This document shows, piece by piece, positions 31,688-41,172 of a stretch of 64,000 nt of DNA. Each line of letters opens with the position of its first letter. Position 1 is the first letter of the stretch. The translations under genes were made by a program, and so were the position numbers. The notes under the pieces were generated by a model that worked only from the letters and a program-made list of their open reading frames with translations, ran no database searches and had not been told where the DNA came from. Source of the DNA: an uncultured Acidobacteriota bacterium (GTDB lineage Bacteria > Acidobacteriota > Blastocatellia > RBC074); the NCBI GenBank assembly GCA_963796275.1, contig CAWCKY010000002.1, positions 128,001-192,000 of the forward strand, given 5' to 3'.

Positions 31688-31830
31688 AAAGCTGCCACAG
31701 ACGCAGACAGCGATGGGTGAACGGTACATCAAGATGCCACAGATGCGGACAGCGGACGCGGACAGTGATAGATGCTAAAGGGATCGCTTTCATAGTAATA
31801 AGTTGGTATGAATGTTTGTGCATTGTCTAA
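31683..31830 (+). repeat. Non-coding segment with 42-nt-period repeats, homologous to 33732-33870
   Basis: Units resembling TACATCAAGATGCCAYAGATGCGGACAGCGATAGA start at 31683 and 31725, and again at 33732 and 33774. Similarity continues through gatgctaa...ggatc...gaatgtt. Confidence 0.75.
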
Positions 31831-31860
31831 ATCGATACATGCGAGATTGGAACAGCGGCA

Positions 31861-31937
31861 ACCACGGATTTTTACAGATGCAATGGATAGTCACGGATTA
31901 GTCGGGTTGATTCATCGCATCGGTAAAAATTCGTGGT
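31861..31937. repeat. 28-bp inverted repeat element (CCACGGAT family)
   Basis: ACCACGGATTTTTACAGATGCAATGGAT versus the reverse complement of 31910-31937, 24/28 matches. Confidence 0.75.
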
Positions 31938-32096
31938 GAATTTACTCCTCCATTTCCCCCAGTGTGACATTATTGAGTCACATGACCATAAATTCACTAT
32001 CGCATAGTGAATTCCTCATCAGCGAAATAGCCAACCTCATTCTTGCAACTCGCTGTAATTCATCAATTTATCCGGTTCGCTTGTTCGGATCTGGTG

Positions 32097-32111
32097 TGGC
32101 AAGGCAATTGC
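32097..32111 (+). promoter_or_regulatory. sigma-54 promoter for the FecR-like gene
   Basis: TGGCAAGGCAATTGC = GG-N10-GC, about 85 nt before the ATG at 32198. Confidence 0.65.
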
Positions 32112-32197
32112 GATTATTCATTGCGTGAGGTCGGATCCGCAGTGCCATCAATTAGACAGGCATGCACGATACACGATCGGCCTCGCGAGGAGGAGTT

Positions 32198-33313
32198 ATG
32201 AAAGAACATATGTTGAGATTTTGGACGCTGAGTCTCATAGGTTTGTTAGTACTTTGGATAACCTTTATTCCTGTCAACGCCCAATCAGCGGGCGGAGCCA
32301 ATCCGGGGCGGCCAGGCAGTATCAATTACATTGAGGGCCAGGTCTCGATCGGAACACAGTCTGTAGACCCAAAGTCGATTGGCTCAGCCGCGCTTGAGGC
32401 GGAGCAATCGATCATGACTGAACAGGGCAAAGCGGAGATACTGCTGACACCCGGCGCGTTCTTGAGACTCGGAGACAACACATCAGTGGAGATGATTTCA
32501 CCTAACCTGACGAACATCCAGGTGGAGGTGCAGAGGGGGCACGCGATAGTTGAAGTCACTGATGTTTATCAGGAGAACAATCTTCGCGTTGATTTAAATG
32601 GCGCGACTGCCCTGCTACTGAAGACGGGCTTGTACGATTTCGACGCGGATCGTAATCTGGTTCGTGTAATTGAGGGCAAGACCGAAGTGCAGGAAAACGG
32701 TGGGCAAATCGAGGTGAAGGAGGGACGTGAGCTCTATCTCAATGCCAGCGGCTCGCTGAAAGCGGAGAAGTTCGACAAGAAAAAGTATCAGGACGATTTA
32801 TATAGCTGGAGCAGTCTGCGGGCCGAGTATCTGGCGAGAGCCAACGCCGATGCGGCGCAGGTATATGCCGGCGGCGGAGGCGGATGGATAGGCGCTGGCT
32901 GGTACTGGAATCCCTGGTACGATGCATATACATTCATTCCGGGATCTGGATTCCTTTACAGCCCGTTCGGCTTTGGATTCTATTCACCGGGGGTTGTGTT
33001 TCTATCTCCGTTTATCGGATTCGGCCACTTTCACCATAACTTTGTCGGCCTTCGAGGCCGTGGCTTTGTAGCAGGCGGATTTCATGGTCACGGATTTCAC
33101 AGTCACGGATTCCATGGCGGATTCCACGGTGACGGATTCCATGGCGGTGGCTTCCACAGTGGCGGATTCCATGGCGGTGGATTCCACAGTGGCGGATTCC
33201 ATGGCGGTGGATTCCACAGTGGCGGATTCCATGGCGGTGGCTTCCACGGCGGCGGATTCCATAGTGGCGGTTTGGGGGGTGTTGGGTTTCACGGTGGCGG
33301 GCGAGGCCGCTAA
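32198..33313 (+). CDS. Secreted FecR-domain protein with an aromatic-rich region and a Gly/Phe/His repeat tail
   Basis: GAGGAGGAG RBS; signal peptide; PGSINYIEGQV...GKAEILLTPGAFLRLG FecR-like fold; YSWSSLRAEYLA; 14 GFH units at the C-terminus. Confidence 0.8.
   Translation: MKEHMLRFWTLSLIGLLVLWITFIPVNAQSAGGANPGRPGSINYIEGQVSIGTQSVDPKSIGSAALEAEQSIMTEQGKAEILLTPGAFLRLGDNTSVEMISPNLTNIQVEVQRGHAIVEVTDVYQENNLRVDLNGATALLLKTGLYDFDADRNLVRVIEGKTEVQENGGQIEVKEGRELYLNASGSLKAEKFDKKKYQDDLYSWSSLRAEYLARANADAAQVYAGGGGGWIGAGWYWNPWYDAYTFIPGSGFLYSPFGFGFYSPGVVFLSPFIGFGHFHHNFVGLRGRGFVAGGFHGHGFHSHGFHGGFHGDGFHGGGFHSGGFHGGGFHSGGFHGGGFHSGGFHGGGFHGGGFHSGGLGGVGFHGGGRGR
33075..33270 (+). repeat. 15/30-nt coding tandem repeat encoding (GGGFH/SGGFH)n
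   Basis: ggcggattccatggcggtggattccacagt-type units in tandem. Confidence 0.9.
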
Positions 33314-33342
33314 CGAGTGGTCTTCTCATGAAGAGGAAGAGG

Positions 33343-33371
33343 AACGGCGGGCACGTTCGCGTCCCGCCGTT
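33343..33371 (+). terminator. Hairpin after the FecR-like gene
   Basis: AACGGCGGG-CACGTTCGCGT-CCCGCCGTT, 30 nt after the stop. Confidence 0.5.
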
Positions 33372-33731
33372 ATTCATTTCACCTCACAGCTATCGAAATA
33401 CTCATTTCTACTTCGAACCCTCCTCTTCCCCCATGCAAGTATGACGGGTTTGAATTAGGCCAAGCTGAGTGTGGTAACAAACCTGGAGAACCTTGTTTCC
33501 GTTGAGGTAAATGCATCGATGAGTCGTTCAACGGCTATCACTCTCTGAACTGGACCATCAACTGTTACGCCGATCTTACCAATAGGACTTCCCTCTATAT
33601 TCTCATAGTACTTCCCTTTATATCATCTCTAAATTTCCTGGTTCCATAGCACCTCTCCATGCGTCTCGCTCTGCTTTAATAAGTATTTCCTTTTACATAT
33701 ACCGGGCGCCGAAGGGCAAAGCTCGACCTCT

Positions 33732-33870
33732 TACATCACGATGCTCCATGCGCGGACAGCGATAGACGAAAGATACATCAAGATGCCATAGATGCGGACA
33801 AACGATAGATGCTAAGCAAAAGGATCATCTTCCTGGTGACAATTTGATGCGAATGTTCAGCGCTTTGCCA
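33732..33870 (+). repeat. Second copy of the 42-nt-period non-coding segment
   Basis: tacatcacgatgctccatgcgcggacagcgataga and tacatcaagatgccatagatgcggacaaacgataga, 42 nt apart. Confidence 0.75.
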
Positions 33871-33914
33871 AACGGTTCCATTCAATGTCGATGCGTAACA
33901 TCCACAAATCATCA

Positions 33915-33929
33915 CGGCACTCGGCTTGC
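33915..33929 (+). promoter_or_regulatory. sigma-54 promoter for the PQQ beta-propeller gene
   Basis: CGGCACTCGGCTTGC = GG-N10-GC, about 100 nt upstream of the ATG at 34033. Confidence 0.6.
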
Positions 33930-34032
33930 GGTCGGGAATGAATGGCTACATTTGCAATAGCCATATCGCCTATAGGTGCGAATCAATTCAGCAAGAATTA
34001 CGTATCAAATGAGATTGGAGGGTTAAAAGAGT

Positions 34033-35718
34033 ATGCGAGTACTATATCTCGGAGTAGCAGTTTTGCTTTGTATTGGACTCGCGATGGCAGCATTCGACAA
34101 TGACAGTGGCGACCAAACATCGAACGGTCCCGCAGGTTGGCGAATTGCCGGACGCGATCCGGACAACTCCAGAAATCAGCCGTCGGAGCGGCATATAAGT
34201 GCTGCGAATGTGCATCAACTCGTCGCCAAGTGGGTGTTTACGACTGGAAGCGATGTATCAGCCACTCCAACGGTCGCCGGAAACACAGTCTATTTTCCGG
34301 ATTGGGCTGGAAACTTATACGCGGTTCGGGCCGACAATGGAGACCTCCTCTGGTCGCGGAAGATATCCGACTACAACGGCAGGGCGGGAAGCATGTCGCG
34401 TGTCAGTCCGGCGATTTTCGAGGACTTGTTGATTATCGGCGACCACACAGGAGTAGGATGGCTCTCCGATGACGCGCCACTAGTTGGACATAACGGCGCG
34501 CATGTAATCGCCGTCGACCGCCACAGCGGTGAGTTACGCTGGATTACAAAAGTCGAATCGCATCCATCCGCGCTCATCACAGGATCGCCGGTCTTCTATG
34601 GGACCACAGTCTATGTGGGCGTCTCATCGGAGGAGGAGACGCTCGCCGTGAATCCCGCATATCCGTGTTGCACGTTTCGCGGGAGCATGGTGGCGCTGGA
34701 CATCTTCACCGGAGCGATGTTGTGGAAGACCTACACAGTGCCAGATAACGAAGGTCGGACGGATCGCTACAGCGGCAATGCGATATGGTCGCCGCCCGCA
34801 ATCGATCCCAGCCGTGGATCTCTATACATCGGCATTGGAAACAACTACACCGTACCGGATGATGTCCTGCAGTGTCAGGAGGAGGCGATCGAGACCGGCA
34901 ATCCAAACCCAAACTGTTCCGTGCCGGATAACTACTTCGACACTGTATGGGCGCTGGATTTGACGACTGGCGCGATCAAATGGGCGCGCAGGTTATCAGG
35001 CTTCGACGTCTGGACGGTGGCCTGTGTCTCATTGCCACCCGGCGTGAACTGCCCTTCGCCTCACGGATCCGACTTCGATTTCCCCGGCTCAGGCCCGAAC
35101 CTGCTGCACGTGCGCGACAATGGGCAACACGGACGCGATCGGCAGGCCGGGCATGCGGGAGAACACGATAGAGATCTCGTCGGCATAGGACAAAAGAGCG
35201 GGATGTACTGGGCGCTCAATCCCGACAACGGCGAGGTCGTCTGGAGCACCGTAGTCGGCCCCGGCGGCACCACCGGAGGCATTCAATGGGGTACGGCGAC
35301 TGATGGGACCCGCATCTACGTGGCGATTACAAACAGTCAGCACATGACCTACACGCTCGCGAACAATGGTCCCACGATCGACTGGGGCTCGTGGGCAGCT
35401 CTCGATCCACGGACTGGCAGAATTCTGTGGCAGGTCCCAGATCCGACGCCGGGCGCAATCGACCCCGGCGCGGTGAGCGTCGCAAATGGTGTCTTATATG
35501 CTGGGTCATACTCCGGAGCGATGTACGCGCTCGACGCGCGGACTGGAAATCTCCTTTTCACCTTCGACAGTGGCGGCTCGGTAATCGATGCTCCGTCAAT
35601 TGTGAATGGAACCGTGTATTGGGGCTCCGGATACCGAAACATTGCGCCTGGTATCGGCAACAATAAAGTGTATGCCTTCACCCTTCCGAAGGCCGGAACG
35701 TCAGTTGATTCCAAATAG
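34033..35718 (+). CDS. Secreted PQQ-binding beta-propeller protein, polyvinyl alcohol dehydrogenase-like, no heme c domain
   Basis: Signal peptide; KWVFTTGSDVSATP; vicinal CCTFRGS; IWSPPAID; GQKSGMYWAL; GGIQWG. No CxxCH. Confidence 0.82.
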   Translation: MRVLYLGVAVLLCIGLAMAAFDNDSGDQTSNGPAGWRIAGRDPDNSRNQPSERHISAANVHQLVAKWVFTTGSDVSATPTVAGNTVYFPDWAGNLYAVRADNGDLLWSRKISDYNGRAGSMSRVSPAIFEDLLIIGDHTGVGWLSDDAPLVGHNGAHVIAVDRHSGELRWITKVESHPSALITGSPVFYGTTVYVGVSSEEETLAVNPAYPCCTFRGSMVALDIFTGAMLWKTYTVPDNEGRTDRYSGNAIWSPPAIDPSRGSLYIGIGNNYTVPDDVLQCQEEAIETGNPNPNCSVPDNYFDTVWALDLTTGAIKWARRLSGFDVWTVACVSLPPGVNCPSPHGSDFDFPGSGPNLLHVRDNGQHGRDRQAGHAGEHDRDLVGIGQKSGMYWALNPDNGEVVWSTVVGPGGTTGGIQWGTATDGTRIYVAITNSQHMTYTLANNGPTIDWGSWAALDPRTGRILWQVPDPTPGAIDPGAVSVANGVLYAGSYSGAMYALDARTGNLLFTFDSGGSVIDAPSIVNGTVYWGSGYRNIAPGIGNNKVYAFTLPKAGTSVDSK

Positions 35719-35768
35719 AGTAAGAACAATTCAAGGTCTTTATTGAAGCAGCCCCGGGTTGGAAATAA

Positions 35769-35873
35769 AACCACGGGGAATACTGGAACACAGGAGAATG
35801 AGGGAAATTCTTTGTCCGATGCTTCTCCGCTCTTTTCACGACCGTTTCCGTGTTCCCCGTGTTCCTCGTGGTT
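35769..35873. repeat. Palindromic element with 9-nt periodic arms (CCACG.../...CGTGG)
   Basis: aaccacggggaatactggaacacagg ... ttccgtgttccccgtgttcctcgtggtt. It abuts the broken end of the hydrolase fragment. Confidence 0.7.
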
Positions 35874-35874
35874 G

Positions 35875-36392
35875 ACCATTCAACTGATCAATGTTCCGGT
35901 ACCAGTTCAATGGGCCGCGGAAGCCGCTCTGCTCGAACTGTGCGACGTAATAATCAAGGTCTTCTTCGCTAAGCCAAGCGGGCAGACGCTCCGGATCGAT
36001 CATCCCATCGAGCGGTTTCGCTGTAGAAGGTTTGCGGACAAACCACGCCCCTTCGGGAGCATCGCTGGAAGCCGCGAAATAGATCGTTCGCAATGATTTC
36101 ATCGTGTCAGCTCCTAGTTCGTCCTCTGCCACACCTGGTTGCTGGAAGTAGACCATGTACAAGAGATTGTCACCGAGGTTTTTCTGCCTTGTGAAGGTTC
36201 CAACCCGCCCGCGTATATACGGGACGCTCATGCCGGCGAGCGCGCGCACTTGCTCTATATGCAAAAGCGTCGTGTGCCAGGCGATCGGCGCGCCCCAATC
36301 ATGACCCACAACGATGAACTACTCGTGGCCCAATGCCCGGGAGAGCCCGACGACGTTGCCGGTCAGCTCAATGATGTTGTAGCTTTCGACCG
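35875..36392 (-). pseudogene. Epoxide hydrolase-like alpha/beta hydrolase fragment
   Basis: VESYNIIELTGNVVGLSRALGHE*FIVVGHDWGAPIAW...YMVYFQQPGVAE...GFRGPLNWYRNID. Internal stop; both ends missing. Confidence 0.85.
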
Positions 36393-36399
36393 AGGATTC

Positions 36400-36495
36400 T
36401 CGGTCTTGAAACCGAGAGCGCTGCCACCCTTCGCGGTAATTTCCTTGACGAGGGCATCGATCCGATCCTTCCGTCTCGCTCCGAGCACGACTGGC
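36400..36495 (-). pseudogene. Short SDR oxidoreductase fragment
   Basis: Minus-strand translation VVLGARRKDRIDALVKEITAKGGSALGFKT, typical of the SDR beta2-alpha region. Confidence 0.6.
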
Positions 36496-36617
36496 GCGGG
36501 CTCAGCCCAAAAAGGACTAGTTTAAAAGATTTCGACTCCGGGTTTTACTATAGCTTGTTGTCGCTTGTCTTCACCGACGACGGCAGTCGAGTCATCTCCT
36601 TGTCTCCTTGTTTTTTT

Positions 36618-37738
36618 TCAAATCGGTTGCGCCATCACATCCAGCATCTTTCTGATCAACCCCGGTCGGTCGGCATCGGGGGTCGAGTGCATCTCCCATT
36701 CGCCGAGTTGGAGCGAACCTTCGACAATGAATTTGCAGCGCTCGTAGCGGCGCCGCATAAATTGTCGAGCAAGTCCGCCAGCGGCTCATCGCGCGGGAGC
36801 AATTCGCCCAGCACCACGCCGTCTTCAACGGCTTGCGCGGCCCCCTGCCCCAGATGCGGCGTGGTTGAATGTGCGGCGTCGCCGATCAACAGCACGCGGC
36901 CCCGGTACCAGGGCGCGGGCATGAGCAGGGTTTTGAGTGGACGATAGATGACTAAAGACGAATCCGTGATTTGATCTCGCAAATCGGCCATGATTCCGGT
37001 GCAGGGGGCGAGGCGTTCCCGAAAAATCTCCGCGAGCCGATCCGAGGGATGACTTGGGTTACCGGGTTCGGCCTGCACCAGCAGCACATAGCCCGTATCC
37101 CGCGAGAGCGGGATGAAGCCGCAGGTGCCGCCTTCCAGCCCCGCACACAAAAAGGCGTAATCGATCACCTCCGGACGCCGCACGTTGTAACGCCACACCC
37201 CCTGACCGGTGAATCGGGGCTGAGGCTGATCGCCGAAGATTGTGCCGCGGACCTCGGAGTACAGGCCATCCGCGCCGATCACCAGATCGTATTCGCCGAT
37301 GACTCCGTCAGTGAAGGCCACCATCACGTTCTTCTCGTTCTGCCGGATTTCAGCGAAGGTGACGCCGATCCTGACCTTCGTTCCGGCCCCAATCGCCGCT
37401 TCCGAAAGGATCCGGTGCAGGGCCGGACGCGCCAAACCGAGATCGGTCGGATACTGCGGCCCCGCCATCGGGATGCCCGGAATCTCCGCCACCGTTTGCC
37501 CGTCCAACGTTTTAATTTTCAAGCCGGAATACGGGAAGCCAGCGGCGACGACTTGATCCGCAATGCCGAGCGCCGCCATGGCGCGGATGAAATTGCCTTG
37601 CACGACGATGCCGACGTGATAGACCTTCCATTCGGCCTTGATTTCGACGAGGTCCACGCTGATTCCCGCCCGACGCAGCGCAATAGCAGTGGACAAGCCT
37701 CCGATACCGCCGCCGACGATAAGAACTTTTTTGACCAT
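36618..37738 (-). pseudogene. FAD-dependent aromatic monooxygenase with a 1-nt frameshift near the 3' end
   Basis: GGGIGG, DLVIGADG, IGDAAHSTTPHLGQGAAQAVED. After about 36762 the natural C-terminus (FMRRRYERCKFIVEGSLQLGEWE...AQPI*) is in another frame. Confidence 0.8.
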
Positions 37739-37739
37739 G

Positions 37740-37858
37740 GCATTTCACCTTTTGTGGCCACCAGATCATGGTTGCCGAAGCGGCACTTCCATTCGCGCGG
37801 CACCCAGTTTTCATCCGGATAATTGCTGTTGGTGCCGTACTCGGCCTCGGCCCGGCCG
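37740..37858 (-). pseudogene. C-terminal remnant of a VOC-family (extradiol dioxygenase-like) gene
   Basis: Minus-strand EAEYGTNSNYPDENWVPREWKCRFG resembles the E-Y-G...D..WVPR.W tail of such enzymes and lies directly upstream of the monooxygenase. Confidence 0.5.
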
Positions 37859-38003
37859 GTCCCAAGAATAATCGATCTTGACTGAATCCAGAGTTTCAGC
37901 CATCCATTATGTTCGATTCTACTTTGAAATCGGCTGTATCCGTAACTGAGTTAGCTTATCAATGAGGACAAATATTTCTCATCTCATCGACAACATTAGG
38001 CCT

Positions 38004-38315
38004 TGAAGACGGGTTCCACAGCTAATTGGATATGTCGTGAATTTGGCAGTTGAGCAAACTCATCAACAACTTAAAGACGGTTTCCTCACATCTAATTCGA
38101 CCTGATTTCAAAGCTGAAGTGACACGTGTCTATTGGCGAAAACCTATCATTTGTCATCGATCAATTGCGTTATCACCACGGGTGGTGCTCCAATAGAGAT
38201 GTTGCGTCGATATATTGAGGAACAAGCTGTACCAGAGGATTAATGGCGGGCGAAGCGCCCTCGATACAAAATTCATCTCCAGCCAAGCTCGCAAAGATGC
38301 ACGCTACGGATGGAG
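38004..38315 (+). mobile_element. tnpA: IS200/IS605-family tnpA (Y1 HUH transposase) remnant with end hairpin
   Basis: LSKLINNLKTVSSHLIR...VYWRKP, frameshift, then CVITTGGAPIEMLRRYIEEQ, stop at 38243. HUH region degenerate. Followed by ttcatCTCCAGCC...GGATGGAGtattc imperfect hairpin. Confidence 0.8.
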
Positions 38316-38858
38316 TATTCTTTCGCGAACTTCAGATAAAAAAGCGAGAAATCAGGATACTTTAAGGAGTTTGGAGAAACATAACCATGCAATCAGTTCT
38401 CATTCGATTCTGCAAGATTTGAGCGTCGTATCAGCCAAGAGCCGCCCGTGTGGCGGAATTACTCAGGCGTGAGTTAGGAGTACAACCGGAATTAATCGAA
38501 GGCGACCGCGGTGAGTTCAGCGTCTGGGTAGGCAATCAGATAGTAGCCAAAAAGAGGTGGCTGAGATTTCCATCGGACAAGAAGGTACTTACAGCGGTGC
38601 GGCAATCCATCGCGGGTTAGACTCGTCAGCGTCAGTACTATCTAAATATCGGAGAATTGTACGATCAGTTTCCTGAAACCCGTGGTATACAAGACCTGGA
38701 GAGTTGGGAGCAAGATCATTCATTAATAATAGAGTGATAAGGATCGCTCCCTGAACCTTGGAGATGTGTGTAGGCTGCTCAGCAACTCAAAATACCATCA
38801 AGGTACACAGAAAACCTAACACACCGACAACACGTTTAAGCTATTTGGAGGACGGCTT

Positions 38859-39030
38859 ATGGCAATACCTACTAGCGAAATTGCTGTTGCAGATAGGTTG
38901 GCCATTGAAAAGAACGCTAAAAGCGTGCTGGACCGAGTTTGTTCAGGTGCAGCCCTTGATCCGCATTATCGTTATGACAGCCCAAACTTTGTCGATCACG
39001 TCAACGATTTGCAGTTTTATGGGCTCGAAG
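38859..39030 (+). pseudogene. SnoaL/NTF2-like (ester cyclase) N-terminal fragment
   Basis: GGAGG RBS; EKNAKSVLDRV...YDSPNFVDHVNDLQFYGLE, after which the ORF continues in sequence that does not look homologous. Confidence 0.4.
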
Positions 39031-39376
39031 CAAATCCGGGAAAATTTATACGAGCGTTGTGCTTCGCCAAAACCCCATCCGGCTTGTATTTCAATAACTT
39101 TCGTCAAGCTGTGATGAAGTCCACCAATATTTCTCGATCACTGCCCCCAACTCCGGCGGCTGCTCTACTTTCGGCTCAGGTGCATCCTTGGCGAGCGATA
39201 AATCTTCGTATACTGCCGAGAGAGCCGACTGAGAAGTCGATTGATTTCTTCATTTTCGGAATTGTGGGGAGGGACAACTACCGGGTGCATATATCAAGAT
39301 TCTGGTAAAATGTAAAAGGAAGGCTGGTTTCGACTAGCTCCGCTTGAGGACACGTTTCCACTAAGGAGGGAACACA

Positions 39377-39706
39377 ATGACCTTTCTACTATGGTTGCTC
39401 TTTACTGCGCTGGCAGTCGGCATTCCGCCGGGCCTCATCGCGCGACAGCTCACCAAAGGCCGAGGCCAGCGCGTGGAGATTCCCGGAAAAGCAGTAACCT
39501 GGGGCGTAGGCTCCTTTTTGCTGGTATACCTCGCCGTCACAGTACCTTGGCTGGTAATAAGCTGGACTGGTATCATCGACGCGCCCTGGCTGATTACAGG
39601 GCTTATTCTGGGCACCCCGGCTTCAGCCTGGGCCAGTAAGAAATGGTACCGCTCTTTTAAAGACGGTAACCTGATGGGAAGTGTAAGCAATAGATATCTT
39701 CCGTAA
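39377..39706 (+). CDS. Small three-TM hypothetical membrane protein
   Basis: AAGGAGG RBS, three hydrophobic segments, 109 aa. Confidence 0.6.
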   Translation: MTFLLWLLFTALAVGIPPGLIARQLTKGRGQRVEIPGKAVTWGVGSFLLVYLAVTVPWLVISWTGIIDAPWLITGLILGTPASAWASKKWYRSFKDGNLMGSVSNRYLP

Positions 39707-40034
39707 TCACAACGCCCCAGTTCGCACGATGCAAAATGCCTCGTAACGACTGCCACCAAAAATACAATATACTTCCCGACTTTCCCGATCATCGGCGCCC
39801 TCCTCCTCTTCGACCACAGGAAGTACGCCCGGCAAGCGGCCCTCGAATCAGAGCACGCGCATCTCATTTGGGAACCCATCGTTGCCCCGAATACGACGTC
39901 ATCGAGCTGCGCCAATTGCTCGAGCAAAATGGCAAATGCTTGCCCCGGATCCAAGTCGCACTATTTTTAGAAGTAAAGATTTTGTATATCTTGCATGTGA
40001 TTGATGTAGTGCGCGGCGCTCACAGTTGAATGCC

Positions 40035-40997
40035 ATGAACGAGGAACTCAACTCTGTCTGTAACTTCGCCACGGGGCTGCGATTCGAGCCTTACGGCATT
40101 GACCATCTGGTGGATGCCATTGGCCATCACCGCCTGCCGCTGGACCCGGAGTTTCCTTTCACCATCAAAGCCTTCTTCTACGAATCCTTCTCGCCCGGCG
40201 AACGGCTGACCTGGCACAACCGGCTGGAACTTTTCTGTCCCGTCAGCGGCTCCGGCAGCTTTCAGATGGGCGAGCGAGTCATTGACTTCAAGAACGGCGA
40301 TCTGCTGGTGGTGGACAATTTGAAGCTGCACGGCGCGCGCAGTTTTGCAGGCCCACGGAGCCAGGCGGCGGTCATCTACTTCCGGGGGGAATTGTTTTAT
40401 AATCTCGGCTCGGCTGTTTGCGATTACGCTTATCTGACGCCGTTCTACGGCCTGTCCGAAACGATTTCTCCGGTGCTACGCGCCGCTGATCCTGCAGCAG
40501 CGGCAGTCCACGAGGCCTTAGGCAAAATGATCCGCTGTTATTTCGAGGCTCCCGCCGACCAGTATTCGCGTATCGGCTGCAAAGCCTATCTGTCGGAAAT
40601 CCTCTACCTGTTGTCGAAGCATTTCGGCGCGTCGGATCTGGCGCGGGCTGAATACGTGCGCCGCCGTGAACAGGCGCGGCGGCTGGGTGCGCTGGTGGAA
40701 TACCTGAACACCAACTATGCTGAAAAGATTGCCGTCCCGCAGGCTGCGGCAATGGTCGGCATGAGCCAATCCACATTCAACCGCTTTTTCAAGCAAGCCG
40801 CCGGAATGACCTTCGTGGATTACCTGACGCATTTGCGCGTGACCAAAGCTCGCCAGATGTTACGCGACCAGAGCCTGAGCATCGCCGAAATTTCCAACCT
40901 GGTGGGCTACACCGATCAGAGCTATTTCGATAAACGCTTCAAGGAACATTTCGGTAAATCGCCGCGCGAATGCCGGGAAATGACAAAATCGTCGTAG
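40035..40997 (+). CDS. AraC family transcriptional regulator (cupin + dual HTH)
   Basis: WHNRLEL cupin motif; FNRFFKQAAGMTFVDYLTHLRV; VGYTDQSYFDKRFKEHFGKSP. Confidence 0.92.
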   Translation: MNEELNSVCNFATGLRFEPYGIDHLVDAIGHHRLPLDPEFPFTIKAFFYESFSPGERLTWHNRLELFCPVSGSGSFQMGERVIDFKNGDLLVVDNLKLHGARSFAGPRSQAAVIYFRGELFYNLGSAVCDYAYLTPFYGLSETISPVLRAADPAAAAVHEALGKMIRCYFEAPADQYSRIGCKAYLSEILYLLSKHFGASDLARAEYVRRREQARRLGALVEYLNTNYAEKIAVPQAAAMVGMSQSTFNRFFKQAAGMTFVDYLTHLRVTKARQMLRDQSLSIAEISNLVGYTDQSYFDKRFKEHFGKSPRECREMTKSS

Positions 40998-41172
40998 AAA
41001 AAAGCAAAATCTTTCTAGCCGCGATTGCCTCTCGCCCTCAATACTCGGCCTCATCAAAAATGCGCAGCGAATTCGCAAGCGTCAGCTGGCGCGCATAAAT
41101 TCCGCATGCGCATCTCTCGAACTGTCAGCGGCAGTTGCGGCTGAACCAAGCAAACCTGAATAGGAGATAACC

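Noticed and set aside
31644-31790. Possible mini CRISPR array from the spaced repeats
   Set aside because: Only two degenerate units per locus, about 7 nt between units, no unique 30-40 nt spacers and no cas genes.
31665-31793. 42-aa minus-strand ORF MKAIPLASITVRVRCPHLWHLDV... as a leader or RiPP precursor peptide
   Set aside because: The homologous segment at 33732-33830 has indels that change the frame and no equivalent start. No modifying enzymes are nearby.
33002-33458. Repetitive ORFs (MESATVESTA..., RHGIRHCG..., VADSMAV...)
   Set aside because: Alternative-frame and antisense shadows of the GFH coding repeat.
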